Shown: positions 17,221 through 26,789, counted from the first letter of the stretch. The stretch: DNA of 64,000 bases from Terracidiphilus sp. (GCA_035552475.1 DASZLE010000090.1:35486-99485); one strand, 5' to 3'. Notes: generated from the sequence alone by a model not told the origin. Numbers and translations are program-made.

Positions 17221-18668
17221 CCTCGCTTCTTCGACTCCTGTCTTGCGGCCACGCCGTAACGCTTGCTTCTGCCGGCCAGCGCCGGCTTACGAGCACCGTG
17301 CGCCGGTTTGGCGGCGGCGCGAACGTCGAGGCGGCCGGAGGCTGCTGGGCGCACGCGGGCCGCGGTGCGCGAACCGGTCTTCTGTCCGGCGGACGCATTC
17401 CGCTTCGGCCAACCGCTGGCGCTGCGGTCAGTAGATTTTGCCGTTCCCGATCCGTTGGTGGCGTGACCATTGCCGTTGCGGGCTGCCGTGGCATGGCTTC
17501 CGTTGCCATTGCGCGCGCCGTTCAGGCTCTTCGCGGCGCCATTCTGCCAGCGCGCGCCCGTGGTGGCGCTGCGTCCGGCAGGGCGGGCCGGCTTGCGGTC
17601 GTGGGCATGGCTGGCGGGCCGGCTGTGATGCGGGCGCGCCGGCTTCGGCGTCGGCCGATGCGCTCCGTTGCCATTGGAAACGTGGGCAACGGGCGCCTCA
17701 TTCGCCGGAGGCGCGGTCATCGGCTCCGGCTGGATGTCCTCATGGGCGTGCAGGATGTCCTCGTGGCCATAAAGATGCGACAGATAAGTGGAACCCGCCG
17801 AACTGGAGTAAAGAGTGGGCGGAGGAGTGAACTCCGGCAGCGTCCCAGCCACGTAATATTGCGTGGCATGGCTCATGCTCAGGGTGTGAACCTGGCGTGT
17901 CGCCACCAGCCCGCGCAGAACTTCGCGGATCTTGCTCCGCGCCGTAAGCGGCGAGAGGAATATCTCCACCTCTTCCATGCCGGCGGCGATGACCGCCTGA
18001 AGGAAGATGGAGGCAAGCACCGAAATGGCAGTCACCTGCGAGGTGGATGCGCCCTCGGCAATGGCCTTCTGGAAGCGGGTCTTGAGCAATTGCCAGCGGG
18101 CGGGCTTGCCGGGCGCGGAAACCGCCGGGATAATGCGCAACTGCTGCCACAACTCGGTAATCGCGCGCAGGACGGCGATCTCAGAGACACCGTGGCCCAG
18201 CGACTGCATGAGTTCGGGAATGGTGGCTTCGCCAATCTCCAGCCGCTTGTATGCCTGGATGGCCAGCGGCGAAACCTGGCGCGAGCCGGTCAACTGGGGA
18301 CTGCGCCGCCAGTCGCGGTCGCCGCGAAGTGCATACACATAAGGCAGAACCCAGGCTGCAACCACGTAGTCGGGCTGCTCGCCGGGCTGCCCCAGAAGAT
18401 TCAGCCGGACGGCGATACCGTCGTTCTCCAGGCGCACCAAATGCTCTTCCGCCTGCGCGATCTGCTTGGAATCCGGCGTTACATTTCGTTGTCCGGCAAT
18501 GGCTTCAACAAAGCTGGGGGCCAACGCAGAGGAGAATTGCCGCTTGGGGAGGAAAAGGCACAGACCAGTCTCTTCCAACCAAGTGCGTGCGTCCTCCAGG
18601 GTGAGGGCTCCGTGTCCGTTCTGGCGCATCCGTTCGGCGCGCGCTGCTTCCAATTGCTCCGATGTCAA
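17217..18668 (-). CDS. Hypothetical protein, possibly AlkZ/YcaQ-related winged-helix protein, with a long basic disordered tail
   Basis: Globular ~280-aa N-terminal part (TLEDARTWLEETGLCLFLP; helical HTH-like segments), then a P/A/R/G/N-rich tail. Its stop overlaps the cmk start. Confidence 0.6.
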   Translation of the reverse strand: MTSEQLEAARAERMRQNGHGALTLEDARTWLEETGLCLFLPKRQFSSALAPSFVEAIAGQRNVTPDSKQIAQAEEHLVRLENDGIAVRLNLLGQPGEQPDYVVAAWVLPYVYALRGDRDWRRSPQLTGSRQVSPLAIQAYKRLEIGEATIPELMQSLGHGVSEIAVLRAITELWQQLRIIPAVSAPGKPARWQLLKTRFQKAIAEGASTSQVTAISVLASIFLQAVIAAGMEEVEIFLSPLTARSKIREVLRGLVATRQVHTLSMSHATQYYVAGTLPEFTPPPTLYSSSAGSTYLSHLYGHEDILHAHEDIQPEPMTAPPANEAPVAHVSNGNGAHRPTPKPARPHHSRPASHAHDRKPARPAGRSATTGARWQNGAAKSLNGARNGNGSHATAARNGNGHATNGSGTAKSTDRSASGWPKRNASAGQKTGSRTAARVRPAASGRLDVRAAAKPAHGARKPALAGRSKRYGVAARQESKKRG

Positions 18669-18915
18669 AGAAGAACCTCATTTCCAGGCTGGCTCAAGTG
18701 GCAAACCAGAAAGATGATGCGTCCATCGGCCTGACCTAAGGCCGCCTCATCCCGAACCGCCCGGCAAATCTCCCGCTGGGGCCAAGTTTTAGATGCTGCG
18801 GCTGAATGTTTCGGCTCCGGGGGACTGTTTTGGAACCGTTTCCTTCCCCCTGGGGCTTGTGTTTGTCGGGCTCCGGTTTTCCCCCTGGGGGGTGGAGCGC
18901 CTTCCCATCTACGAC

Positions 18916-21003
18916 TCAAATTCGGTGGAAGGCCCGCTGGATCTCTTTCCAAGAATACAGCAAAGCGATAGGACGTCCATGCGGGCAGCTTGTCGGATGC
19001 TCGGTTTTTGCAAGCTCCAACAATAGCCATTCCATACGCTTCGGGTCAAGTGGGGTGTTTATCTTGATGGCAGAGTGACAAGCAATGGACGCCGCAATGC
19101 GCCGCCGCATCGAGTTAAGATCATGATTCGATTGACTTTCGTTGAATGGCTGTGAAGATTGGTCAATAACCTCGGTTAGCATGCGCTCTAACTCCGTGCC
19201 CTCCAGTCCCACCGGCGCGGCCTTCACAGCGAGGGTCTGGGGCCCGAAGGGCTCCGCGTCAAAGCCATTGCGCTCCAATTCCTCCGCGATCTGGGCAAAA
19301 ACCACCATCTGCCATGGCTTTAGCTCCACCAGCAGCGGCATCAGCAGTCGCTGGCGCTGCACATTTTCTACGGTCCGCTCGCGCAGAATTTTTTCAAACA
19401 AGACTCGCTCATGAGCCACATGCTGGTCAATGATCCAGAGACCGTCTTCACCGACTGCCAAAATGAAGGACTCGCGGAGCTGTCCGAGCGGCTTGAGGGA
19501 GCCGAGCTGATTGAGGTTCTCAGCGGCCTGCTCGGCTTCCACTCGCGCGGTTTCAAGAATGGCGTTCGCGGCGGAAGTGCCTGAAAGGCCGTGGTTTGGC
19601 GAGCATTCTCCCGCCGGCTGCAGCAGTTCTCCCTGCAGCAGTGCGGCGGCCGCAGCGGTGAGTGGGTGGCTGCCGGCAAATGAACCAGGGCGGAAGGCAA
19701 CCGGCTCGAACGGCAGGCGTATGGGCAGGGGCGTCAGCTCCCGTGCGGCCAGGTGAAACTGTTCAGCATCTGGGACGACACCGTTTGGCAGCGGGTCGGA
19801 ATCGGTTGGAAAGACCGCGACCGGGGCGTCAGTGCCCGGCGCGCCGGGGATGGGCGAGGTCCCCGGCGGCATCAGGGAAGGACTGGCCAGCGGCGCGGAA
19901 TCGAGAGCCGCCAGGAATCCGGCCGCCGGACGCGCCTTCACCAATGCATTGCGCAGGCTGTCGCGCACAAAATCGTGGATCAGGCTCTGCTGCCGGAAGC
20001 GGACCTCCGTCTTGGCCGGATGAACGTTGACATCCACCTCCTCCGGCGGCAGTTCCAGAAACAGCAGCACCACCGGGAAGCTGGTGGGCGGGATCACGTT
20101 GCGGTAGGCCTCGGTAATGGCGTGCAGTAGCAGCCGGTCGCGAATCAGCCGCTTGTTGATGAAGATGTAGATGGAGTTGCGGTTCAGCTTTTGCAACTCC
20201 GGCTTGGAGTAGAACCCCGAGAGACGGATCTGGCCTGGGGGATGTGGCGCTTCATCGGGATCCCGTTTCCATGGCGGCGGCTCGGGCAGGCCTCGGTGGT
20301 CGAGCGGTGACTCCGCAGCGACGGGCAGCAACTGGGCCAGCGTCTCCTTGCCGAAGATTTGATAGATGCGCTCGGCAGTGCGCGTCACGGGCGGAGCGGA
20401 GAGCAGCGTGTGGCTGGCCGAGACCAGCTCGAAGTGCTTCTCCGGATGGGCCAGGGCGTAATGAGTCACCAGCGCCGTAACATGCGCCAACTCAGTGGAT
20501 TCGGCGCGGAGAAATTTGCGCCGCGCGGGCGTGTTAAAGAACAGATCTGCCACCTGGATAGTGGTTCCTGTCGCCAGCGCTGCGTCGTCCACGTGAAGGA
20601 TCCTGCCGCCGGCAATCTCCATCCGTGTTCCGGCGGCTTCCGGGCCCGGCTCCGGAGCGGGAGCCGTCTCCAGCGTCACGCGGGCCACGGAGGCGATTGA
20701 GGGCAGCGCCTCACCACGAAAGCCCAGCGTGGAGATGGCGAGCAGGTCGTTGGCCGTGCGCAGCTTGGAGGTGGCGTGGCGCTCGAAGGCAAGCAGAGCG
20801 TCGTCCCGAGTCATGCCGCAGCCGTTGTCGGCAATGCGGATCAGGCGCCTGCCGCCGGCCTCCACTTCCACCCGGATGCGCGTGGCGCCGGCGTCGAGAG
20901 CGTTTTCCAGCAGCTCCTTCACCACCGACGCAGGCCGGTCCACCACCTCGCCGGCAGCGATCTGGTTGGCCACCTGGTCGGAAAGGATGCGGATGCGCCC
21001 CAT
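18916..21003 (-). CDS. mutL: DNA mismatch repair protein MutL (endonuclease type)
   Basis: NQIAAGEVV, ELLENALDAGA, TLGFRGEAL, DVNVHPAK, DQHVAHER, CPHGRP. Confidence 0.97.
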   Translation of the reverse strand: MGRIRILSDQVANQIAAGEVVDRPASVVKELLENALDAGATRIRVEVEAGGRRLIRIADNGCGMTRDDALLAFERHATSKLRTANDLLAISTLGFRGEALPSIASVARVTLETAPAPEPGPEAAGTRMEIAGGRILHVDDAALATGTTIQVADLFFNTPARRKFLRAESTELAHVTALVTHYALAHPEKHFELVSASHTLLSAPPVTRTAERIYQIFGKETLAQLLPVAAESPLDHRGLPEPPPWKRDPDEAPHPPGQIRLSGFYSKPELQKLNRNSIYIFINKRLIRDRLLLHAITEAYRNVIPPTSFPVVLLFLELPPEEVDVNVHPAKTEVRFRQQSLIHDFVRDSLRNALVKARPAAGFLAALDSAPLASPSLMPPGTSPIPGAPGTDAPVAVFPTDSDPLPNGVVPDAEQFHLAARELTPLPIRLPFEPVAFRPGSFAGSHPLTAAAAALLQGELLQPAGECSPNHGLSGTSAANAILETARVEAEQAAENLNQLGSLKPLGQLRESFILAVGEDGLWIIDQHVAHERVLFEKILRERTVENVQRQRLLMPLLVELKPWQMVVFAQIAEELERNGFDAEPFGPQTLAVKAAPVGLEGTELERMLTEVIDQSSQPFNESQSNHDLNSMRRRIAASIACHSAIKINTPLDPKRMEWLLLELAKTEHPTSCPHGRPIALLYSWKEIQRAFHRI

Positions 21004-21096
21004 GACTGTCTAGGGTAATGCAGGTTTCAGGTGTCAGGGGCCAGGTGACGGATCGCGATCAGGAAAACGCGGTACGAATTAAGACCTGCCAAAAGC

Positions 21097-21124
21097 AAAA
21101 CGCCCGCTCGATGGCGGGCGCTTT
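21097..21124 (-). terminator. Putative intrinsic terminator
   Basis: AAAA-CGCCCGC-TCGATG-GCGGGCG, downstream of the 74-aa gene. Confidence 0.6.
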
Positions 21125-21151
21125 AGTTCTGATCACTGACCACTGTCGTCT

Positions 21152-21376
21152 TCAGATTCCCACGCCGTACTCGTTGATGGGCTGGGCCTCTGAACGGGAA
21201 TAGAAGTCATAGGGGGTGCGCTTGTGCCACTTGTACATGCAGCGCAGCTCGTAGCCCAGGTAAATTCCGACGGTGGCAACGGCCATTCCCATGGAGAACC
21301 AGCCGATAACACGCAGGGCCTTGTGGTCGCCGGATGGCTCCTCTGCTTGCGCGACGTTTTCCGGTTCAGTCGACAT
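21152..21376 (-). CDS. Small single-TM hypothetical protein
   Basis: 74 aa with one hydrophobic helix; GGAGG SD upstream and terminator downstream. Confidence 0.7.
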   Translation of the reverse strand: MSTEPENVAQAEEPSGDHKALRVIGWFSMGMAVATVGIYLGYELRCMYKWHKRTPYDFYSRSEAQPINEYGVGI

Positions 21377-21459
21377 GGGCCAACAGCCTCCGTGTTTGAT
21401 GATAGCGCAGATGATCGCACGCCAGATTACAACTTTAGACCAGTGACGTTTACAATTCG

Positions 21460-22476
21460 TTACTCCGCAGTGCCAATTTGGTCCAGAAACTTCCGCTGCT
21501 CCAATTCCGGCAGAAAGCTGGCCCGAATGGAGTTAGATGCAAGCTGCCGCAACTCGTCGCGCGTAAACCCCTGCTCCGTGTGGGCCAGCAGGTATTCGTT
21601 GGCGACATCCGAGCCGAAAAATGCCGGGTCGTCGGAGTTGAGCGTGACCAGCAAGCCGCGATCGAAGTAGCGGCGTAGCGGATGCGCCGCGAACGAAGCG
21701 CACACACCGGTTCGTACGTTCGAGGTGCGGTTGAGCTCCAGCGGAACCGAACGCTCGCGCAGGTCGTTCATGAGCGCTTCGTCGGCGATGGCGGAAAGCG
21801 CATGACCGATCCGCTCCGAGCCGATGGACAGGGCTTCGCGGATGGCCTCGGGACCGGTGGTTTCGCCGGCGTGATTGGTCAGCCGCAGGCCGGCGTCGCG
21901 GGCTTCGGCATAGAGCGCGCGGAAAGGCTCCGATCCGGCCAGGCGCTCGTCCCCTCCCAGTCCGATGCCGACGATGGAGGGGAACTGCGGCCGCATCTCG
22001 GCGGCCTTGCGGAAGACGCGCTCCGCCTCCGGCACGCTGAAGTGGCGCACGGCGTCGAAGATCCAGTAGATCGAAAGGCCCAGCTCACTGGCCGCGCGCC
22101 GGCGGGCCCGTTCCAGCCCCTCGAAGATCGGCTCGAAGCAATGCGGATCGTGATTGCGCCACATGTAAATGACGCCGACGGAAATGAAGACCTCGGCATG
22201 GACCACTCCCTGCCCGGCAAGATGCTGCATCATGCGCCAGGCGGCCAGCTCGTAGTCCTCCGGGCCGGTCAACAGGCGGGTCACGGCGCGGAACGCTTCG
22301 ATAAAGCCGGTGAAGTCGGTGAAGCGATAGAGAGCCTCGGCCTCCGCCAGCGCGATCGGGCGCGCGTCGTGCCGCTGGCTCAGCTCTACCAGCGTGGACG
22401 GAGTGATGGTGCCTTCAAGATGCAGATGAAGCTCGGCCTTGGGCAGGCGGCGGATGAACTCCGCGATCGACGACAT
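21460..22476 (-). CDS. add: Adenosine/adenine deaminase
   Basis: LPKAELHLHLEG, HAGE, RIGH, SN, TLNSDDP. Confidence 0.92.
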   Translation of the reverse strand: MSSIAEFIRRLPKAELHLHLEGTITPSTLVELSQRHDARPIALAEAEALYRFTDFTGFIEAFRAVTRLLTGPEDYELAAWRMMQHLAGQGVVHAEVFISVGVIYMWRNHDPHCFEPIFEGLERARRRAASELGLSIYWIFDAVRHFSVPEAERVFRKAAEMRPQFPSIVGIGLGGDERLAGSEPFRALYAEARDAGLRLTNHAGETTGPEAIREALSIGSERIGHALSAIADEALMNDLRERSVPLELNRTSNVRTGVCASFAAHPLRRYFDRGLLVTLNSDDPAFFGSDVANEYLLAHTEQGFTRDELRQLASNSIRASFLPELEQRKFLDQIGTAE

Positions 22477-22494
22477 GGGAGGAGTGTAGCACGG

Positions 22495-22532
22495 ATAACG
22501 CATCAACATATCACGATATGTTGATGCGTTAT
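22495..22532. promoter_or_regulatory. Perfect 18-bp-arm palindrome upstream of add
   Basis: ATAACGCATCAACATATC-AC-GATATGTTGATGCGTTAT. Confidence 0.6.
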
Positions 22533-22975
22533 TTCGAAGTAGGCGTCATTCCCGGGGAAGACGGGTAAAGGGCCTGGAGAATCCCGCTATGTCAATGACC
22601 GCTGCCTTGAAGGCTGAGACTCGCGCCTTTTGACAATCTATGAATTGTCGATCCTCATTAAAATGACAATACAGAACTTGTCATTCTGGCCGCATTCCCG
22701 CGGAAAAACAACCTTGACAGCGGTCACATCCAGCTTCCGTATGCGATAATTAGCTTGTTGTTGGAAATGCGCCCGCCCATAAGGCGGGCGTTCGCATTTG
22801 GGATACAAGGAATCACCGTCATGGTCGCCGCCACATTCCGGTATCAAAAACCCCGGGGAATCTCAGCTTTCCTGGGTTACCAATTAGTAATTCTTTCCGA
22901 AAGAAATGTTGACCGGAAAAATAATATACCCCCTCCCCTCCAAGGTTTTCAGGTTGGGCCGAATGCGTGCGCAAT

Positions 22976-23048
22976 TCACTGCAGTTTTATGGCGTAAGTT
23001 AATCATTCCATAGGGCATCGCCGTTTTATTTTTCGCACTTTTCCGATC
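22976..23048 (+). repeat. Third copy of the ~73-bp non-coding motif
   Basis: TCACTGCAGTTTTATGGCGTAA...CATCGCCGTTTTATTTTTCGCACTTTTCCGATC aligns to 3608-3680. Confidence 0.8.
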
Positions 23049-23106
23049 ATTTGGGTCGCACCTCCTTCGCTCCGGGCGCTATTCTTTTCCGTTGAGGTAA
23101 TCACGA

Positions 23107-24321
23107 ATGTCATCCACCGCGACCCGTCCGCAGCTTGCTCATCTCACTGCCGTTCTCGACGACCTCAAGGCCAAGGGCACTCACTTCCGCCTGCGCGTTC
23201 TTGACGATCAGCAGGCGCCCGTCTGCCACTACGACGGCAAGCAGGTGATCAACCTGGCCAGCAACAACTACCTGGGGCTGGCCAACCACCCCAAGCTGAT
23301 CGAGGCCTCACTGAAGGCGACGCGGGAGCTGGGTGTGGGGTCGGGCGCGGTGCGCACCATCGCCGGCACCATGAAGATCCACATGGAGCTGGAAGAGAAG
23401 ATTGCGCGCTTCAAGAACGCGGAGGCTTGCGTGGTCTTCCAGAGCGGGTTTGCAGCCAATGCCGGCACGGTGAGCGCAATCCTGGGGAAGGAAGACTTCA
23501 TCCTCTCGGACGAGCTGAACCACGCCAGCATCATCGACGGCGCGCGGCTCTCGCGGGCGAAGATCAAGGTATTCCGGCACAAGGACGTGGCCCACTGCGA
23601 GGAACTGCTGAAGGAAGTGGCGAACGAGCCGGGGCACAAGCTGCTGATCACCGACGGCGTGTTCTCGATGGACGGCGATATCGGGCCGGTGGACAAGCTG
23701 GCGCCGCTGGCCGAGAAGTACGGCGCCATCATGATGGTGGACGATGCGCACGCCTCGGGCGTGCTGGGGCGCAACGGGCGCGGCAGCATCGATCACTTCG
23801 GGATGCATGGGCGCGTGGACGTGCAGGTGGGGACGCTGTCAAAGGCCATCGGATCGCTGGGCGGGTACGTGTGCGGCTCGCGCGATTTGATTGACTATCT
23901 TTACCACCGCGCGCGGCCGTTCCTGTTTTCCACGTCGCATCCGCCGGCGGTGGCGGCTTCATGCATTGCGGCGTTCGACATCCTGGAGCAGGAGCCGGAG
24001 CGCATCGAGCGGCTGTGGGACAACACGCGCTACTTCCAGGGCGAGCTACGCCGCGCCGGGTTCAACGTGGGCGGAGTGACGACGCCGGCAACGGAGACGC
24101 CGATTACGCCGGTGATTCTGGGGGATGGGCGCTTAACCATGGAGTACTCGCGGGCACTGTTTGAAGAGGGCGTGATGGGAACCGGGATTGCGTTCCCTAC
24201 GGTGCCCGAAGGCAAGGCACGGATCCGGCTGATCCTGACCAGCGAGCACACCAGGGCACAGCTCGACCAGGCGCTGGAGACGCTGGAGCGCGTGGCTAAG
24301 CGAATGGGAGTGCTTCAGTAG
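23107..24321 (+). CDS. kbl: Glycine C-acetyltransferase / alpha-oxoamine synthase (Kbl/BioF family)
   Basis: SNNYLGLA, GSGAVRTIAGT, SDELNHASIIDG, DGVFSMDGD, DDAHASG, GTLSKA (PLP Lys). Confidence 0.85.
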   Translation: MSSTATRPQLAHLTAVLDDLKAKGTHFRLRVLDDQQAPVCHYDGKQVINLASNNYLGLANHPKLIEASLKATRELGVGSGAVRTIAGTMKIHMELEEKIARFKNAEACVVFQSGFAANAGTVSAILGKEDFILSDELNHASIIDGARLSRAKIKVFRHKDVAHCEELLKEVANEPGHKLLITDGVFSMDGDIGPVDKLAPLAEKYGAIMMVDDAHASGVLGRNGRGSIDHFGMHGRVDVQVGTLSKAIGSLGGYVCGSRDLIDYLYHRARPFLFSTSHPPAVAASCIAAFDILEQEPERIERLWDNTRYFQGELRRAGFNVGGVTTPATETPITPVILGDGRLTMEYSRALFEEGVMGTGIAFPTVPEGKARIRLILTSEHTRAQLDQALETLERVAKRMGVLQ

Positions 24322-24411
24322 CCGCTGGTTCCACCGCGATGCTGACTTTCTCCGCTGCCGGCGGGCCGCGCAAATTGCGCCGGGGTGCGTCAAGGATGGA
24401 GAATCGGAACA

Positions 24412-25002
24412 ATGATCGCTCATCTTCGCGGAAAGCTGATCCACAAGGAGCCGGGGCAGGCCATTCTGGAGTGCGCCGGCGTGGGGTATGACGTCACCAT
24501 CTCCGTGCCCACGTTTACGGAGCTGCCCTCGGCGGGCGCCGAGGCGTCGCTCTACATCCACACGCAGGTGAGCGACGACGCTATCGCGCTGTTCGGGTTC
24601 ATGGCACGCGAGGAGAAGCGGCTGTTTGAGCGACTGATTACGGTAAGCGGGGTGGGGCCGAAGCTGGCGATCAAGATCCTGAGCGGCCTGTCGCCGGAGC
24701 GGACGGTGCAGGCGATACGCGGGCAGGATCACGCGCAACTGACGCGGATTCCGGGCGTGGGCAAAAAGCTGGCCGAGCGCCTGGTGGTGGAGCTCAAGGA
24801 CAAGCTGGACGACTTTGCGGTGGCTCCGGCGCCGGCGGCAGTGCAGGGCGCGGCGGTGGACGACGTGCTTAGCGCGCTGGTGAACCTGGGGTATCAGCGC
24901 GTGGCGGCGGAGAAGGCTATTGAGCAGGCAGTGGCGAAGGACAAGGCGCTGGCTGGGGATTTCGACGGGCTGTTCCGCGGGGCGCTGAAGGTGATTCGGT
25001 AG
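24412..25002 (+). CDS. ruvA: Holliday junction branch migration protein RuvA
   Basis: MIAHLRG, GVGY, LITVSGVGPKLA, IPGVGKKLAERLVVELKDK, ALVNLGY. Confidence 0.96.
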   Translation: MIAHLRGKLIHKEPGQAILECAGVGYDVTISVPTFTELPSAGAEASLYIHTQVSDDAIALFGFMAREEKRLFERLITVSGVGPKLAIKILSGLSPERTVQAIRGQDHAQLTRIPGVGKKLAERLVVELKDKLDDFAVAPAPAAVQGAAVDDVLSALVNLGYQRVAAEKAIEQAVAKDKALAGDFDGLFRGALKVIR

Positions 25003-25066
25003 TTGTTTGTTCTCAGTTGTCAGTTGTCAGTAGACCGGGGGCGATCGCGATACACTTTTGTCTGCA

Positions 25067-25807
25067 ATGGCTACGAAAACGACTGCCGCTCCTGCTGCCC
25101 CCGATCCGTGGCTACGCCCTGAAGCGCTGACGTTTCTTCGCAACCTGGCTCGTCACAATGACCGCGAGTGGTTTCAGCCGCGCAAGGCGCAATTTGAGGA
25201 GTTGCTGCGCGAGCCGATGCTGGCGATTGTGCGGCGCGTGACGGATGCGATGTTGGACTTCGCGCCGAATCATGTGCGGCCCGCGGAAAAATCCCTCTTC
25301 CGCATCTATCGCGACACGCGCTTCTCAAACGATAAGCGGCCCTACAAGACGCACGTGGCGGCGTGGTGGACACACATGGGATTCGACAAGACCTCGGGCG
25401 CGGGCTTCTACTTTCACGTGAGCCCGAAGGAAGTGATCGTCGCCGCGGGATCGTACATGCCGGAGAAGGAACAACTGGCGGCGATCCGGCACTGGCTGCT
25501 GGAACATCACGAGGAGTTTCGCAAGCTGCTGGCGCGGCCGGTGGTCAAACGCGCGTTCACTGAGTTCGAAGGGAACGCGCTGACGCGGCCGCCAAAGGGA
25601 TTTCCGTGCGAGCATCCGGGGATGGATTTGATCCGGTGCCGGCAGTGGGGGCTGGCCGCCACGCTGCCGCCGGAAACAGCCCTGGACCCGAAGTTCGCTG
25701 CTACCGTGATCCGGTATTTCAAGCTGGCCGCGCCGATGGTGGACGCGCTGAACACGCCCATTGCCGCAGCGCTGAAGCCGAAAAAGAAGGTGTTGTTCGG
25801 GTTTTGA
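25067..25807 (+). CDS. DUF2461 family protein
   Basis: FLRNLARHNDREWF, FRIYRDTRFSNDKRPYK, GFYFH, LTRPPKGF. Confidence 0.88.
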   Translation: MATKTTAAPAAPDPWLRPEALTFLRNLARHNDREWFQPRKAQFEELLREPMLAIVRRVTDAMLDFAPNHVRPAEKSLFRIYRDTRFSNDKRPYKTHVAAWWTHMGFDKTSGAGFYFHVSPKEVIVAAGSYMPEKEQLAAIRHWLLEHHEEFRKLLARPVVKRAFTEFEGNALTRPPKGFPCEHPGMDLIRCRQWGLAATLPPETALDPKFAATVIRYFKLAAPMVDALNTPIAAALKPKKKVLFGF

Positions 25808-26216
25808 GAAGCAGGGAACAAGGGAATGAGGGAACAAGGGAACGAAGGAAAAGACGGCGTGCGGGACCAGCAATGGGGGCTGCGCGGGCGGCGGTTACGA
25901 AGGTATTGCGGGTGAATTCTCTGGAGAATTGGCTGGTTTCCGGGCCAAAATGGGCGTTTCAGGCACAAATTCCTGAAAAAACCGGCAAAACCTGTGGAAA
26001 TTGGCTGTTTTTCGGTTGACTTTCCTGTGGGGAAGTCGCATGGTGGACAACGACAGGGTTCTCTGGAACCCGCATGAATACAGGGTTTTCGGACAGTCGT
26101 TGCCTGAAATCGAGAACCCCATGCGACACCGCCCATCGACCATAACCCAGGGACGGCGGAGACCCAGGCAACACATCGGCTGCCCCGATGGGGAGCGCGA
26201 GAAGGAGAACAAAAGC

Positions 26217-26513
26217 ATGGCAACTGGAATGACCAAGACAGCCCTGGCGCGGCACATGGCCGAGAAGCTCGAACTGACCAACAAGCAATCCGCCGCGTTC
26301 CTGGACCTGCTGGCGGAGACCGCCATCAAGGAAACCAAGAAGAACGGCCTGTTCGTGATCCCCGGGATCGGCCGCCTGGTGAAGGCAGAGCGCAAGGCGC
26401 GCATCGGCCGCAATCCCCAAACCGGCGAGGCCATCAAGATCAAGGCCAAGACCGTGGTGAAGTTCCGCGTGGCCAAGGCGGCCAAGGACGTCATCGCTCC
26501 ACCGAAGAAGTAG
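26217..26513 (+). CDS. hup: DNA-binding protein HU
   Basis: MTKTAL, IPGIGRLVKAERKARIGRNPQTGE.IKI.AK.VVKF; AGGAG SD. Confidence 0.93.
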   Translation: MATGMTKTALARHMAEKLELTNKQSAAFLDLLAETAIKETKKNGLFVIPGIGRLVKAERKARIGRNPQTGEAIKIKAKTVVKFRVAKAAKDVIAPPKK

Positions 26514-26542
26514 GGGATTCCTCGCAATACGGATTACAGGAT

Positions 26543-26580
26543 CGGCGGGAGAGGCATCATGCTTCTCCCGTTGTTCGTTT
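26543..26580 (+). terminator. Putative intrinsic terminator after HU
   Basis: CGGCGGGAGAGGCA-TCA-TGCTTCTCCCGTTG followed by a T-rich run. Confidence 0.6.
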
Positions 26581-26627
26581 TGCGGCGGAGAGCGTCCTGA
26601 AGCAGATCCAGAGTTGGCATACCCACA

Positions 26628-26690
26628 CAGGGGCTAAAGCCCAGGTGCTTTATTTGAGCGTTTTCGGCGGGACTGAAGTCCCACCCCTAC
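26628..26690 (-). repeat. Second copy of the GTAG-headed double-hairpin REP-like element
   Basis: Reverse complement reads GTAG-G-GGTGGGAC-TTCA-GTCCCGCC-N23-GGGCTTTAGCCCCTG, the same architecture as 1116-1177. Confidence 0.8.
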
Positions 26691-26789
26691 GCGTTTTTTC
26701 TTGTGTAGCGAGTTCTTCACCACGCTGTGAAGTCGTGCCCTGACACAAAGCTCTTAGCGCTGGGCACAACGACTCTGAATACGGATTCA

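Noticed and set aside
10779-18734. Long antisense ORFs (e.g. 10779-12098, 17181-18734)
   Set aside because: They lie opposite well-supported genes and have no motifs, as expected for shadow ORFs in high-GC DNA.
23107-24321. Serine palmitoyltransferase (sphingolipid synthesis)
   Set aside because: GSGAVRTIAGT and the overall pattern fit Kbl-type enzymes better, and no acyl-carrier or ceramide genes are adjacent.
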